Shown piece after piece: positions 54,913 to 64,000 of a stretch of 64,000 nt of DNA. The notes beneath the pieces were generated by a model. The model made no database searches. It was given only the letters and a program-made list of their open reading frames with translations, and was not told where the DNA came from. Made by a program: the position numbers and the translations under genes. This stretch comes from a virus: the IMG/VR virus record IMGVR_UViG_3300045988_136394, positions 1 through 64,000 of that record. One strand, 5' to 3'. The number at the start of each line of letters is the position of its first letter. The stretch's first letter is position 1.

Positions 54913-56628
54913 CTACTCCTCTCCAACACTTAAATTATAGGCATTTTCAAACATATCCGCCAAATCATCTGCAATTTGTCCTACATCTGCATTTTGATGC
55001 ACATCTCCAAACACAACTCTCATAATTGGACGCATTGTAGTATACCTATTCACAAATTCTATTGCCTGAGATTCTTTGATCCACTTAATACTATCTTCAT
55101 CAAGACTAATTTTACCACCTTTAACATTTTTTACTTCTCCAACAGTATCAAGATCCGTAATAGGTTTAGCTTTAACTCCACCAGTAGCTCCAACACCATT
55201 TGGATTAAATGTATTTTTCATGGTATTTAAAAAACTGTCTATTTTAGTGTTAGTATCTTTAGCAAAATTAGTTCCCCAATCATAACCTGATTTATAACTA
55301 GCTCCTACATCTTCCATCGCAAACATACTTACATAACCAATTTTTTCTTTACCTAATTTATCTAAAACAAAATTCATTCCTCGAAGAATTATGTTATTAA
55401 ATAGTAAGATAAAATAATCGGCAACCATTTTTACTAAATTCATAAAGGCTGTTTTCATTGCATTAATACCACCCATAATAACTCCAAAAGCTTCCGGAAA
55501 AGCTAAAAATAATTTCATTAACATTCCGACGGCGGCTACTACGAGCAATACTTGCCAATTCATAGCAATAAAACTTAATGCCAACGCAGCGGCTCCAGGA
55601 AGCGCTGCTGCAATATTACGAACTAATATAACAAGAGAAACGCCTGCAATGTAGCCTAAAATTCCAGCTAATATATCAAAATTTTCTACAAGTGTTTGAA
55701 TCATTCCTACGCCGCTGGTACTAATGCCAGTAAATATTTCATCCATTCCAATTAGCAGACTATTTCCAGCCATCGTCATAGCTTGACCGAATGTTATAGG
55801 AAGTTCATTAAATTTATTTTCAATTTCTGTAGCTTTTTGAAAAACTGCATTCTTAATTACTTCAGCAGTTATTTCCCCATTTTTTTGTGCTTCTTTAAAA
55901 GCTGCATCATCAAGTCCCATATAATTTTGTATAGCTTTTTTAATTAAAGGAGCAGATTCGCGAATAGTACGCATTTCATCGCCTTGCAATCTTCCAGAGG
56001 CCATAGCTTGTGTGAGCTGATACATGGCCGCTTTTTGTTCTTGTGGTGTACTACCACCAACAAGGAAAGCCTTATTTACTAACTCAGTAAAAGCTATTAA
56101 TTCATTGTTATTTGCAAAAGCGTGTCCTGCAAGAATACCCATACGACCAATAACTCGGCTTGTAGCTAAATAGTCAGCTCTTGATCTTTGTGCAGAATCA
56201 TAAATATCTCTGGATAGTTGATCTTGTGTTCTTAAACCATCATTAATAATATTTAATCTCGCTGCATTTAACATTAAGGCATCGCCTATATCTGTTACAC
56301 GTCCAATTTCTGAAATGGTACTTTTCAACAAATACACACCAGCTAATAATTCTGTTAAAGGATTCATTGCATTTGAAAATACGTTTCCAATAGGATTTTC
56401 ATCTTTAAAGCCAAGCCCCTTAATTAAATTCTGAGAACGATTAACATCAGAATTAAAATCTTTAAGTAAAGCATTAGCTTTTGATATATCCCGCGAAGCT
56501 GCTTTAAATAGACTCGCTTCGCCCGGCGTTTGATTTAATGCCGTTAAAGTAAGACGAAGCGAGGCTAAAACCTTATTTAGCACAGGGGACATTTGATCGT
56601 TTAAATATAATGTATTCCTGACTTCCAT
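54913..56628 (-). CDS. tail tape measure protein
   Basis: 571 aa, mostly helical with internal hydrophobic segments, downstream of the frameshifted chaperone pair. Confidence 0.65.
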   Translation of the reverse strand: MEVRNTLYLNDQMSPVLNKVLASLRLTLTALNQTPGEASLFKAASRDISKANALLKDFNSDVNRSQNLIKGLGFKDENPIGNVFSNAMNPLTELLAGVYLLKSTISEIGRVTDIGDALMLNAARLNIINDGLRTQDQLSRDIYDSAQRSRADYLATSRVIGRMGILAGHAFANNNELIAFTELVNKAFLVGGSTPQEQKAAMYQLTQAMASGRLQGDEMRTIRESAPLIKKAIQNYMGLDDAAFKEAQKNGEITAEVIKNAVFQKATEIENKFNELPITFGQAMTMAGNSLLIGMDEIFTGISTSGVGMIQTLVENFDILAGILGYIAGVSLVILVRNIAAALPGAAALALSFIAMNWQVLLVVAAVGMLMKLFLAFPEAFGVIMGGINAMKTAFMNLVKMVADYFILLFNNIILRGMNFVLDKLGKEKIGYVSMFAMEDVGASYKSGYDWGTNFAKDTNTKIDSFLNTMKNTFNPNGVGATGGVKAKPITDLDTVGEVKNVKGGKISLDEDSIKWIKESQAIEFVNRYTTMRPIMRVVFGDVHQNADVGQIADDLADMFENAYNLSVGEE

Positions 56629-56650
56629 AGGCTAACCTCGCTATCTTTTA

Positions 56651-57216
56651 TGTTTTCGTTTTCTTTTGTAATTCAGCATCTTGTTTAGCGGCGATTTCAA
56701 TAAATGCCAGCACACAGGCTTTTTCTGAAATTGGCAAATTTAGATATTCAGAAGGCTTCCAATGAAGTCTTCTGAAACACCAAAATGCTGCCACTGTATC
56801 GGAATCTCCTTCTTTAAAGAGCTGTTTTACTTTTTTGCTGTGTCAACAGCCTCTTCACCATAGCCAGAATGTTGCATGATTTTATTTGCAATAAATTCAA
56901 TTTCGCCGGGTTTAAATTTAGCTTTAACAAATTCCGTTGGAACTGTAACACCACCTAAAACAGCCGGGTCACGGAAATTAGGGTTTACACAGCCAATAGC
57001 CATTAAGCTACTGGATAATGCCATGTTATCAACTGTTGGTTCACCTTTTGCATTAATTTTAATTGCCTTAGCTCTAGCTTCTTGCCATTCATCGGCATCA
57101 ATAGCTCTAATAGTAATTGTTATTCCTGCAAGCTCACCCTTTAAAGCAATTTCTTTTGTATCACGTATATCACGATTTCGAATAAGATCTAAAAGTTCCA
57201 TTATAATAACCTCCAA
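56651..57216 (-). CDS. tail assembly chaperone (XkdN-like) with a -1 frameshift site (A AAA AAG); the coordinates span both the short form (56827..57216) and the frameshift-extended form
   Basis: Slippery heptamer (gca aaa aag taa) at the end of the 129-codon ORF. The -1 frame stays open for 60 further codons and ends 20 nt before the tape measure start. Confidence 0.55.
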
Positions 57217-57696
57217 TTAAATTTCCGGATTAGGGCTTGAAAAGTAATCTAAATATTCAAAGTCGGAGAATGTGCAAGTCATAGACTCTTCCAAAACTTC
57301 GCTTTCAACATCTAATTTTGCCAAGACCCCTTCATCAATATTGCAGTAATAGAATGCAGACACCTGTTTTCCGATTGTGGTAGTTGGGTCATTATTCTTG
57401 ATAGTAATAGTGAAATATAAATCTTTACCTGTTTTAGCGTATTCACGCATAAGTTTACGAAATACAGAAGAAACATAGTAAAGAGTAAATTCACCTTTAC
57501 CAGACCAGCCAGAAGATTTATGTTGCGCCCCACGAAAACCAAGAGAACGAAATTCTTTCTTGCGTTTTGTGAAAGTCATTGTACAATCCTTAATCATAAA
57601 CAATTCTGTAAGAACACCGTCAACAACCATAGTTGCCCAACCTTCTTGACCGGAAACGGCATCGCCAGCTCGTAAATAATCATACTCCTGTGACAT
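57217..57696 (-). CDS. tail tube protein (XkdM-like)
   Basis: 159 aa, directly downstream of the sheath gene. Confidence 0.55.
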   Translation of the reverse strand: MSQEYDYLRAGDAVSGQEGWATMVVDGVLTELFMIKDCTMTFTKRKKEFRSLGFRGAQHKSSGWSGKGEFTLYYVSSVFRKLMREYAKTGKDLYFTITIKNNDPTTTIGKQVSAFYYCNIDEGVLAKLDVESEVLEESMTCTFSDFEYLDYFSSPNPEI

Positions 57697-57713
57697 TATT
57701 TAATCCTCCCTTC

Positions 57714-59048
57714 TTAACGACGAATAGTTACTGTCATATACAATTTTTCCATTGAATCAACAGGCTGTAAATACAATTCAACTACAACTTCGTCAAGGTT
57801 AGCACCTTGTCTGATTGTAATGTCTGTAGAGCCGTCAAAATTCTGAATAGCGCCCATTTTTTGAAGTTTATTTAAGTAATCAACGATATCAGCTTTAAAT
57901 ATTTCTCGACCATCATCATTATTATTCTGTTTACCTAAATAACTCTTTTCAAATAATAAACGAATATCATTATTAATTTGATCAATGGTACGAATTACTC
58001 TGTTTTTACTAAAAGAATAATCTTTTAGTGCAGTAAACGTATGCAATGTATTAATATCCTGTTCAACAACAACAACGCCATCTTGGCGAGAAGAAAGAAT
58101 AAATTTACCCCTTCTTAAAGCATCAATAATTTGTTCATGTGTCAATTGATTAATGATTTCTGTTGCATCTTCAAAAGCATAATAAGTTAAAGATTTATTA
58201 ATTGCACAACCTGCACTCATACCAGTTACACGAGCCACAAAAATAGGAACTGTAATCTCATACTGAGCGGATATATAACCTTGATTAAGAGTAGAAATAA
58301 TACCCTCTGTATCTGCATCAATATTATTTAAAACGGCCTGAACTTTCGTTCCGGTTGTTTCTCTCATATAACTGATAAAGGATTTTACTTGAGCGTGTAT
58401 TTCAGTTGATGTTTCGAGTGGGATACCCATTGTATTCCATTTTGCAGTTTTCAGTAATTCAAAATAACGAGTATAATTAGAATTAACTACAGTCCCATTT
58501 GTGCCATCTTCCAATTCCCCGCCCGCATCAGCTGTTAAAGATGCTGAACTTGTACCACTAAAATCAACAAAATCATTATTTTCGATATCGCCTACAGTAG
58601 TCCCTGTCTGTGTATCCTTAACAATTCCATTAAAAGTAGTAATAACATCGAATGCAGACCCATTTTCAACCACGGAAACGGCAATTTTATTTCCGCCAAC
58701 ACCTGCATATTTCGCAGTAGCCGTAAGATTGTTTAAAATAAGCTTTGCTTTAGTGCCTCCAGTATCCATACGGAAAAGCAAAACTTTAGAACAATCTGTC
58801 AAAACTTGCTGATATATTAAAGATTCTTCATCCATAATATTACAGCCAATAATACTTTCACAGGAGCCATCTAAAAGTTGTTCTGGAGTTAAACTAATTA
58901 ATACATCATTAGCGCCAAAGTTCATTTGAATTGGTAATGTAGCAATTCCACGATCGCCTACCATATTCAAAGGCTGAGATGCACTTTGAAAATTAATATA
59001 AGCACCCGGACGAACTTTATTCATAGCTTCAAAAGTTCCACCTGCCAT
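57714..59048 (-). CDS. contractile tail sheath protein
   Basis: 444 aa, N-terminal MAGGTFEAMNKVRPGAYINF sheath-like start, synteny. Confidence 0.65.
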   Translation of the reverse strand: MAGGTFEAMNKVRPGAYINFQSASQPLNMVGDRGIATLPIQMNFGANDVLISLTPEQLLDGSCESIIGCNIMDEESLIYQQVLTDCSKVLLFRMDTGGTKAKLILNNLTATAKYAGVGGNKIAVSVVENGSAFDVITTFNGIVKDTQTGTTVGDIENNDFVDFSGTSSASLTADAGGELEDGTNGTVVNSNYTRYFELLKTAKWNTMGIPLETSTEIHAQVKSFISYMRETTGTKVQAVLNNIDADTEGIISTLNQGYISAQYEITVPIFVARVTGMSAGCAINKSLTYYAFEDATEIINQLTHEQIIDALRRGKFILSSRQDGVVVVEQDINTLHTFTALKDYSFSKNRVIRTIDQINNDIRLLFEKSYLGKQNNNDDGREIFKADIVDYLNKLQKMGAIQNFDGSTDITIRQGANLDEVVVELYLQPVDSMEKLYMTVTIRR

Positions 59049-59545
59049 TATTCTTCATCCTCCATTCGTTGAATTTCCAAAACTTGCATTTTAGGTTCTT
59101 CAGGCAAAATAAGTTTTGCCTTAATTTTATAATTAACAAAGAACTGTAAGACATTTTCAATAATTTGATAATTCATCTTACTTGCCTTTGCTTTTCTTGT
59201 TACTACTTCATCGCCATCTTGTTTATCTGGAATGTCGATTATTCTTAGAATACCAAACAATTTTTCAGCCATATCACGATATTCACTATGCCTACCATAA
59301 TCAGATTCTTCTAAATAATATTCGACTTTCATTCGATATGTTCTCCAAGCCGAAGCAGTCATCCCATTTTCTTGTGTTACATCAATTACAGATAATACGA
59401 AAAAGGGCTCTACTGCACCTTCCATTATCTTATTTTTAAAAATAGTTGGAATTATGGGTGGGTCTACAGAATCATTTTTTAACCGATTTGCAATATTTTT
59501 TGCCATTGCACTAATAATGAAATCGCCTTTAATTGGTATAATCAT
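59048..59545 (-). CDS. tail-associated protein (sheath stabiliser / terminator position)
   Basis: 165 aa, synteny. Confidence 0.35.
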   Translation of the reverse strand: MIIPIKGDFIISAMAKNIANRLKNDSVDPPIIPTIFKNKIMEGAVEPFFVLSVIDVTQENGMTASAWRTYRMKVEYYLEESDYGRHSEYRDMAEKLFGILRIIDIPDKQDGDEVVTRKAKASKMNYQIIENVLQFFVNYKIKAKLILPEEPKMQVLEIQRMEDEE

Positions 59546-60012
59546 AATCCTTTTCCTTTATAAAATGCTTTAAATGCAGCTTCAAAGTTGGCTTTAATTG
59601 TATCATCATATCTATCAATTGCGATCCGGCACATATGAAAACCATTTACAAAAGGCTTTTTTAATACTATTCCTGATTTAGCTCCTTTTGTATAAACAAA
59701 CTTCCCACCAACAAAAATTCCAGGAACAAATCTACCGACTTGTTGCCTATGCCCATCTTCCACATATGACGCATATTCTAGTGAATTGAAAATTTGAATA
59801 TAATAACCTTTAGCAGTTTTAAAAACTTGAGTTAATTCCCAGCGATTTCTTAAATCCCCTGTCTTAACTGGAGTTAGTGCTTTTGTGTCAGCTAATACCT
59901 TCATGGCCTCTTTTAAAAGAAACTGACGACAAAATAAATCATAATCTTTTTCTAGGTTCTCAAAATTTTTTAAAAACTTGTCAAAATCTTTATGATCAAA
60001 TTTTATAGACAT
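59542..60012 (-). CDS. HK97-gp10-like tail completion protein
   Basis: 156 aa, synteny. Confidence 0.35.
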   Translation of the reverse strand: MSIKFDHKDFDKFLKNFENLEKDYDLFCRQFLLKEAMKVLADTKALTPVKTGDLRNRWELTQVFKTAKGYYIQIFNSLEYASYVEDGHRQQVGRFVPGIFVGGKFVYTKGAKSGIVLKKPFVNGFHMCRIAIDRYDDTIKANFEAAFKAFYKGKGL

Positions 60013-60404
60013 TAGGCAAACTCCCTATTTACAAGAGCGAATTGCTGATGGGAAGTATGCTTTTCAGGTCTACCAGCATAATCTGTATATGTATCTAATA
60101 CATTTCCATGATCGTCTAGTACATAAGCTTTAATCTTATCACCTTTACGAATATCATAGGAAGGATCACAAAAAATTCCAATATGCTGATTTGTTGGGTT
60201 TATTAATAATGAATCTTCTTCCGGTAAATCTTGATAATTCAAACTAATTTTACAAGGAATTTTTGTATAAATAGGCTGAACGGATTGTTCATTTGATACA
60301 GTAAAGTCCTCCCCCATAGTTAAACCTAACCGATAAACTTCCATTCTGTCTTTATACATTAATGATTTAAAGAGTTTTCTTGTAAAACCAATTTTTATCA
60401 CCAT
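60012..60404 (-). CDS. head-tail adaptor / head closure protein
   Basis: 130 aa, synteny. Confidence 0.35.
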   Translation of the reverse strand: MVIKIGFTRKLFKSLMYKDRMEVYRLGLTMGEDFTVSNEQSVQPIYTKIPCKISLNYQDLPEEDSLLINPTNQHIGIFCDPSYDIRKGDKIKAYVLDDHGNVLDTYTDYAGRPEKHTSHQQFALVNREFA

Positions 60405-60832
60405 ACTAACCTCCGAAATTTCTTCAGTTGGGATTCATAATCTAAAACAACAGTATCTAAATTAGCTTGATGACTTCTTAAATTCTTGTTATATATAGAG
60501 GTATCGCTACCACTTCCAAAGGTTATAGTAGTATCCCCTACTCTTATAGAGTTGATATTGCCTGTATTCACATCTGGCTCGGCTTCTTCCTCCTCACCTT
60601 CTACAGAAACAGTTGTTGCCTTTATAAACTCATCTTCATACCTAAATAAGTCAACTACCATATTCGCAAAAGTATAAGTTAATTCTTTAGGAATCTCATT
60701 AATATTACAATAATTTAAAATAGTCTGTTCTATTTCATCTACTGTTATTTTTAGTAAAGGCTCGGAGGGTGTATCCGCTCCGAGCTTTACTTTTACAATG
60801 TCCGTAACTAAAGATTTATCAACAGTTTTCAT
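60398..60832 (-). CDS. gp6-like head-tail connector protein
   Basis: 144 aa, N-terminal ...VKVKLG...DEIEQTIL.YC pattern typical of the gp6-like family. Confidence 0.4.
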   Translation of the reverse strand: MKTVDKSLVTDIVKVKLGADTPSEPLLKITVDEIEQTILNYCNINEIPKELTYTFANMVVDLFRYEDEFIKATTVSVEGEEEEAEPDVNTGNINSIRVGDTTITFGSGSDTSIYNKNLRSHQANLDTVVLDYESQLKKFRRLVW

Positions 60833-61038
60833 TCCGTTAATCTTCCAGATTTAGATTTTTTTCTTTTTGGAGTTGCAACAGGTTTTTCTTCCTGTTCTAC
60901 TTGTTCTTCAAAAACAACAGCTCCAGATTTTTTCATTTCCGGAAGATCAGATTCATCGGCGATAATATCAGTATAGGGAGGATATACTTTACGATTATAT
61001 TTTACAGTTATGGGAAACTGTACTTTAACCTTAGACAT
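60829..61038 (-). CDS. small hypothetical head-module protein
   Basis: 69-aa ORF. Confidence 0.3.
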   Translation of the reverse strand: MSKVKVQFPITVKYNRKVYPPYTDIIADESDLPEMKKSGAVVFEEQVEQEEKPVATPKRKKSKSGRLTE

Positions 61039-61052
61039 ATTAGCCTCCTAAA

Positions 61053-62132
61053 TTATTGAACTTTCATTACATAAATGTCATCCATTCTTTCGAAGGAAGG
61101 CAGCATAATAGCATCTACAACAGTAAATACATTTACTGGATGCGGTTCTTTAACTGTGGTAATGGCAACACCATTAGCTACAACAGAAACAGAAGCGGAA
61201 GAATTACCGCTCATTAAATCATATTCTTCAGGAGTAGTGCCAAACCAAGTATTACCTAAAGAATAACTCGGTAACAAAGTTACATATCCATCAGGATAGA
61301 ATTTATGGTCAACACCTTGTTCATCTTTGAACATCTTATCATATGTAATGATTTCAAGTTGAGTTTCTTGACTTACAAAGGATTTAGCCTGAGCGCTAGA
61401 AACCAACATATTCGGAGCTGCTAATGGATTCATAAATTTCTTAATGGATTCAGAAGCCAACATATCTCGCAATGTTTTAGTTGTCATCAATGCTCGAGTA
61501 AGAGTGACACCATATTGATCAGCCATTGTAGTTGTTGCGTCAAGTAAGTCACCAATCGGATCATTTACAGCTTTCTTTTCTTGAGTCCAAACACCATCAC
61601 CAGTCAAAGTGATTTTATGGTCGGAAGCCCAATCGCCGTCAGGATCATAATTATATTGATAACTAATATCACGACCAGTGCCTGCGGTTGCAGTAACAGA
61701 GATAGTACCATCTACCAGCAAGCTCATACGCATACGTTCTGCTTGTACCAATGCACCATCTACAAGACGAGTAATATCGTCATATACACGTGCAATAGTA
61801 GGCTGTGCAAAAGGAATGCCTTTAGCCAACAGATTTTGAATATCCTGACGTTCTTTTTCACCAATACGAGTTGCTTCACGGAAGAACGGCATTTCCGTAG
61901 AAACTTCAGTAACACCAATACGATCTCTTAAAGTCGCTTTGGTATCAAAAGCAGACGGTTGCAATGCAACAGGAAGTTGATTACGACCTTTAATCCATGC
62001 AAGCTCAAGACCATTATTTTTATTATTAGGGAAAAATTGACTACCAATCATAGGATTTTTCATGGCTGTATTAACATCAGTCCAATAAGCTGCAATGGCC
62101 TTTGAATCAAAAATTTCAAAAATAGATTTCAT
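61053..62132 (-). CDS. major capsid protein (HK97-fold family)
   Basis: 359 aa, downstream of the scaffold gene. Confidence 0.6.
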   Translation of the reverse strand: MKSIFEIFDSKAIAAYWTDVNTAMKNPMIGSQFFPNNKNNGLELAWIKGRNQLPVALQPSAFDTKATLRDRIGVTEVSTEMPFFREATRIGEKERQDIQNLLAKGIPFAQPTIARVYDDITRLVDGALVQAERMRMSLLVDGTISVTATAGTGRDISYQYNYDPDGDWASDHKITLTGDGVWTQEKKAVNDPIGDLLDATTTMADQYGVTLTRALMTTKTLRDMLASESIKKFMNPLAAPNMLVSSAQAKSFVSQETQLEIITYDKMFKDEQGVDHKFYPDGYVTLLPSYSLGNTWFGTTPEEYDLMSGNSSASVSVVANGVAITTVKEPHPVNVFTVVDAIMLPSFERMDDIYVMKVQ

Positions 62133-62157
62133 TTCTATTATTCTCCTTTACTAATAA

Positions 62158-62538
62158 TTAACTACCAACAGACGCATCCGCAGGTTGTAAGATGGTCATA
62201 TCATCTTTTAAGAAATAAATCATTCTTAAATTTTTAAGTGCTGCATCTGATGGCTGAGCAGGTAAACGATCTGCTCGAATAAATCCATGTAAAACAATAG
62301 CCATGGAAGCATCACTTTCAGTTACATCATAATCTTGCAATACAACACCAATCGCTTTATTGTCATTAGACGGATAAATAGTACCCGCTTTAATAATAAA
62401 ACGATCACCTTCTTTAACTACCATACCACCAGCCTCTGTGGCTTTTGTGGCCTTTCTTGCAATAGATACATAGTGATCAGGCATTGCAAGAATATGCTTA
62501 GCAGAATCGTAAGCAATAGTTTTGTACTTCATTGTCAT
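62158..62538 (-). CDS. head-module protein (possible decoration / minor capsid)
   Basis: 126 aa between the scaffold and capsid genes. Confidence 0.35.
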   Translation of the reverse strand: MTMKYKTIAYDSAKHILAMPDHYVSIARKATKATEAGGMVVKEGDRFIIKAGTIYPSNDNKAIGVVLQDYDVTESDASMAIVLHGFIRADRLPAQPSDAALKNLRMIYFLKDDMTILQPADASVGS

Positions 62539-62540
62539 TT

Positions 62541-63152
62541 TTAATTTCCTCCTTCTGTCTGAATCCCAAGCATTTGAAGTTTTTGTTTTGCTAAAGATTT
62601 ACCGAAATCTTCACTTGTTGTAGGCTCTTTTTTATTGGTATCACTGTCCCTCGGTGTATTGCCACTAGGATTTCCAGGATTATCCGCAGGTTTAAACAAG
62701 AAAGATTTATCTTTTTGCAAAGATTCAACCTGTTCTTTCAGTCCACTAACAACCTTGTCCCCATCTAATTTAATTAGACTTAAATCGATTAACCCTTTTA
62801 CAAGTTGCAAATCGTGCGGTTTATTTTCGCCAGCTAATAAGGCTAATTCAACTGCATTAACTTTGCGTAATTTTTCGAGCTGCTCTTTATACTCAGTTTC
62901 CTTCGTAGTAGCCTCGCCCTGAAGTTTTTCGATTTTGGCGGCAAGTTCAGCATTAGTACCTTCAAATTTTTTCAATTTTTCCAGTTCTGTTTTATTGCTG
63001 TTGACTGTTGCAACAAGGTTTTCATTCTCTGCCTTTAGCACATCATAAGTCCCTTTAGGCACATAACCTTCCATAGCTGCATTATGCAGTTGTATTGCTT
63101 TTTCTGCTTGTTCTTCTGTTAAGCCAAAAGCAATCAAGGCTTCTTTTGTCAT
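62541..63152 (-). CDS. capsid scaffolding protein
   Basis: N-terminal ...LIAFGLTEEQAEKAIQLH followed by a long coiled coil. Confidence 0.55.
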   Translation of the reverse strand: MTKEALIAFGLTEEQAEKAIQLHNAAMEGYVPKGTYDVLKAENENLVATVNSNKTELEKLKKFEGTNAELAAKIEKLQGEATTKETEYKEQLEKLRKVNAVELALLAGENKPHDLQLVKGLIDLSLIKLDGDKVVSGLKEQVESLQKDKSFLFKPADNPGNPSGNTPRDSDTNKKEPTTSEDFGKSLAKQKLQMLGIQTEGGN

Positions 63153-63244
63153 ATCATTCGCTCCTTTTCATAAAAAATGTACTCGTAGAATCATCTACGA
63201 GTACATTATACAATATAAATTCTTAAAATTCAATATAAAAGTTC

Positions 63245-63898
63245 TTATTTATTTACATATTCTTTTAACCATTGTTTATAACTGATATTTTTATCAACTG
63301 TATAATAACTTTCTTCTTTAGCAATGCGTTGTGTATAAGATTGCCCATCTATAACTGGAACAGTTGTTGTTCTACAATTTGGATGAAATGGTGGAAAGTT
63401 TACCCCTCGTTCAGCTTTAGATACTTTAAAAATTCTACCGTCCATACTTATACAAATTTCTGATGTTTTAAAATCCAAAGTTGCTAAAAGTTGATATTCT
63501 TTTATGCCAGCTTGTGTATAAGCTTGTAAAGCCGCCTGATTTGCTACATTATTCATTTCAGTTCTGACTAAAGTCATTGCTACACCTTGGCGTGTATTCA
63601 TGGCACTGGCAATTTTATCCGCAACATATCTAGATGATTTTCCAGCTGCAAAAGCAAATTGCATTTCTTTTTTAAGATTATAAATTAGCATTTCTTTATT
63701 TTTCCAAAGACGATCACTAAAATCCTCTCCTAAATAATTTTGTGAGAGAACACTAATAACTAAATCTTTGGAAGGGGTAGTGAAGGACATGCCTACGCCC
63801 GAATAAGTCTGCACGTCATATAAAGTATGGTAGTACATATCTTCATAGCCTTGTAGGTATATATTCGGTTGTTGATCTTCCTGTTTTAATAATAGCAT
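63245..63898 (-). CDS. head morphogenesis protein (Mu F / SPP1 gp7 family), probably cut at the window end
   Basis: C-terminal ...GVNFPPFHPNCRTTTVPV matches the Mu F family signature. Confidence 0.75.
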   Translation of the reverse strand: MLLLKQEDQQPNIYLQGYEDMYYHTLYDVQTYSGVGMSFTTPSKDLVISVLSQNYLGEDFSDRLWKNKEMLIYNLKKEMQFAFAAGKSSRYVADKIASAMNTRQGVAMTLVRTEMNNVANQAALQAYTQAGIKEYQLLATLDFKTSEICISMDGRIFKVSKAERGVNFPPFHPNCRTTTVPVIDGQSYTQRIAKEESYYTVDKNISYKQWLKEYVNK

Positions 63899-64000
63899 TT
63901 CAATAGCATGCCTATATTCGGCTATTAATAATTCTAATCTGGATAATCTTGCACGATCTTGAAGTTCCTTTAAATTTTTAAGGTAACTTTGAGCATTTTT

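Noticed and set aside
58501-58812. Plus-strand 103-aa ORF inside the sheath gene, and other plus-strand ORFs within structural genes (45632..45973, 54976..55285, 61581..61931)
   Set aside because: They are antisense to well-supported minus-strand structural genes in a tightly packed operon.
1-64000. tRNA genes, integrase or att sites
   Set aside because: No T-loop-like GGTTCGAATCC motifs or cloverleaf candidates were seen in the non-coding gaps. No tyrosine or serine recombinase ORF was recognised. The 40-bp direct repeats at 1-40 and 3216-3256 are promoters (TTGACA-17-TATAAT), not att sites.

Overview
The window is almost entirely bacteriophage DNA, about 33% GC, from a myovirus-like phage or prophage of a low-GC Firmicute (Bacillus or Clostridium type). 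The evidence is sigmaA-consensus promoters throughout, a RecU resolvase, YjcZ-like and GerQ-like sporulation-type proteins, and a PBSX/Xkd-like contractile-tail module. Nearly all genes are on the minus strand, so transcription runs right to left.

Gene order on the minus strand, from high to low coordinate:
- Head module: Mu-F-like head morphogenesis protein (cut by the window end), scaffold, HK97-like major capsid, and head-tail joining proteins.
- Tail module: sheath, tube, a chaperone with a -1 frameshift site, tape measure, a baseplate set (XkdQ/R/S/T/U-like), and tail fibres.
- Lysis module: holin-like protein, Amidase_2 endolysin, and XhlA-like proteins.
- An accessory block of sporulation-like proteins.
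- A large replication module: SNF2 helicase, DnaD-like, DnaI-like, DnaB-like helicase, DnaG primase, gp32-like single-stranded-DNA-binding protein (SSB), family-A DNA polymerase, sliding clamp, complete clamp loader, RecA-like, RecU, and a Cas4-like nuclease.
- A 7-deazaguanine DNA-modification operon: folE-queE-queD-queC plus a DpdA-like transglycosylase.
- Many short, separately promoted early genes.
- A non-coding control region at 3.1-4.4 kb with consensus promoters, small-RNA candidates and tandem DnaA boxes.
- A plus-strand island carrying a Rad52-like Sak recombinase.

The most striking structure is a putative invertible tail-fibre switch. A 37-bp perfect inverted repeat (48985-49021 and 49550-49586) brackets two convergent, homologous C-terminal tail-fibre cassettes, one expressed and one silent. 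They meet at the palindrome TTAAATATTTAA, a Mu G-segment-like layout, and no invertase is visible in the window.

Other notable items:
- DnaA-box clusters next to a phage DnaD/DnaI-like initiation set.
- A 1.1-kb ORF-free AT-rich repeat tract with iterons.
- A family of near-identical TTGACT-17-TATAAT promoters with a shared leader.
- A cluster of sporulation-like proteins.

No tRNA, CRISPR array or integrase was found by eye.
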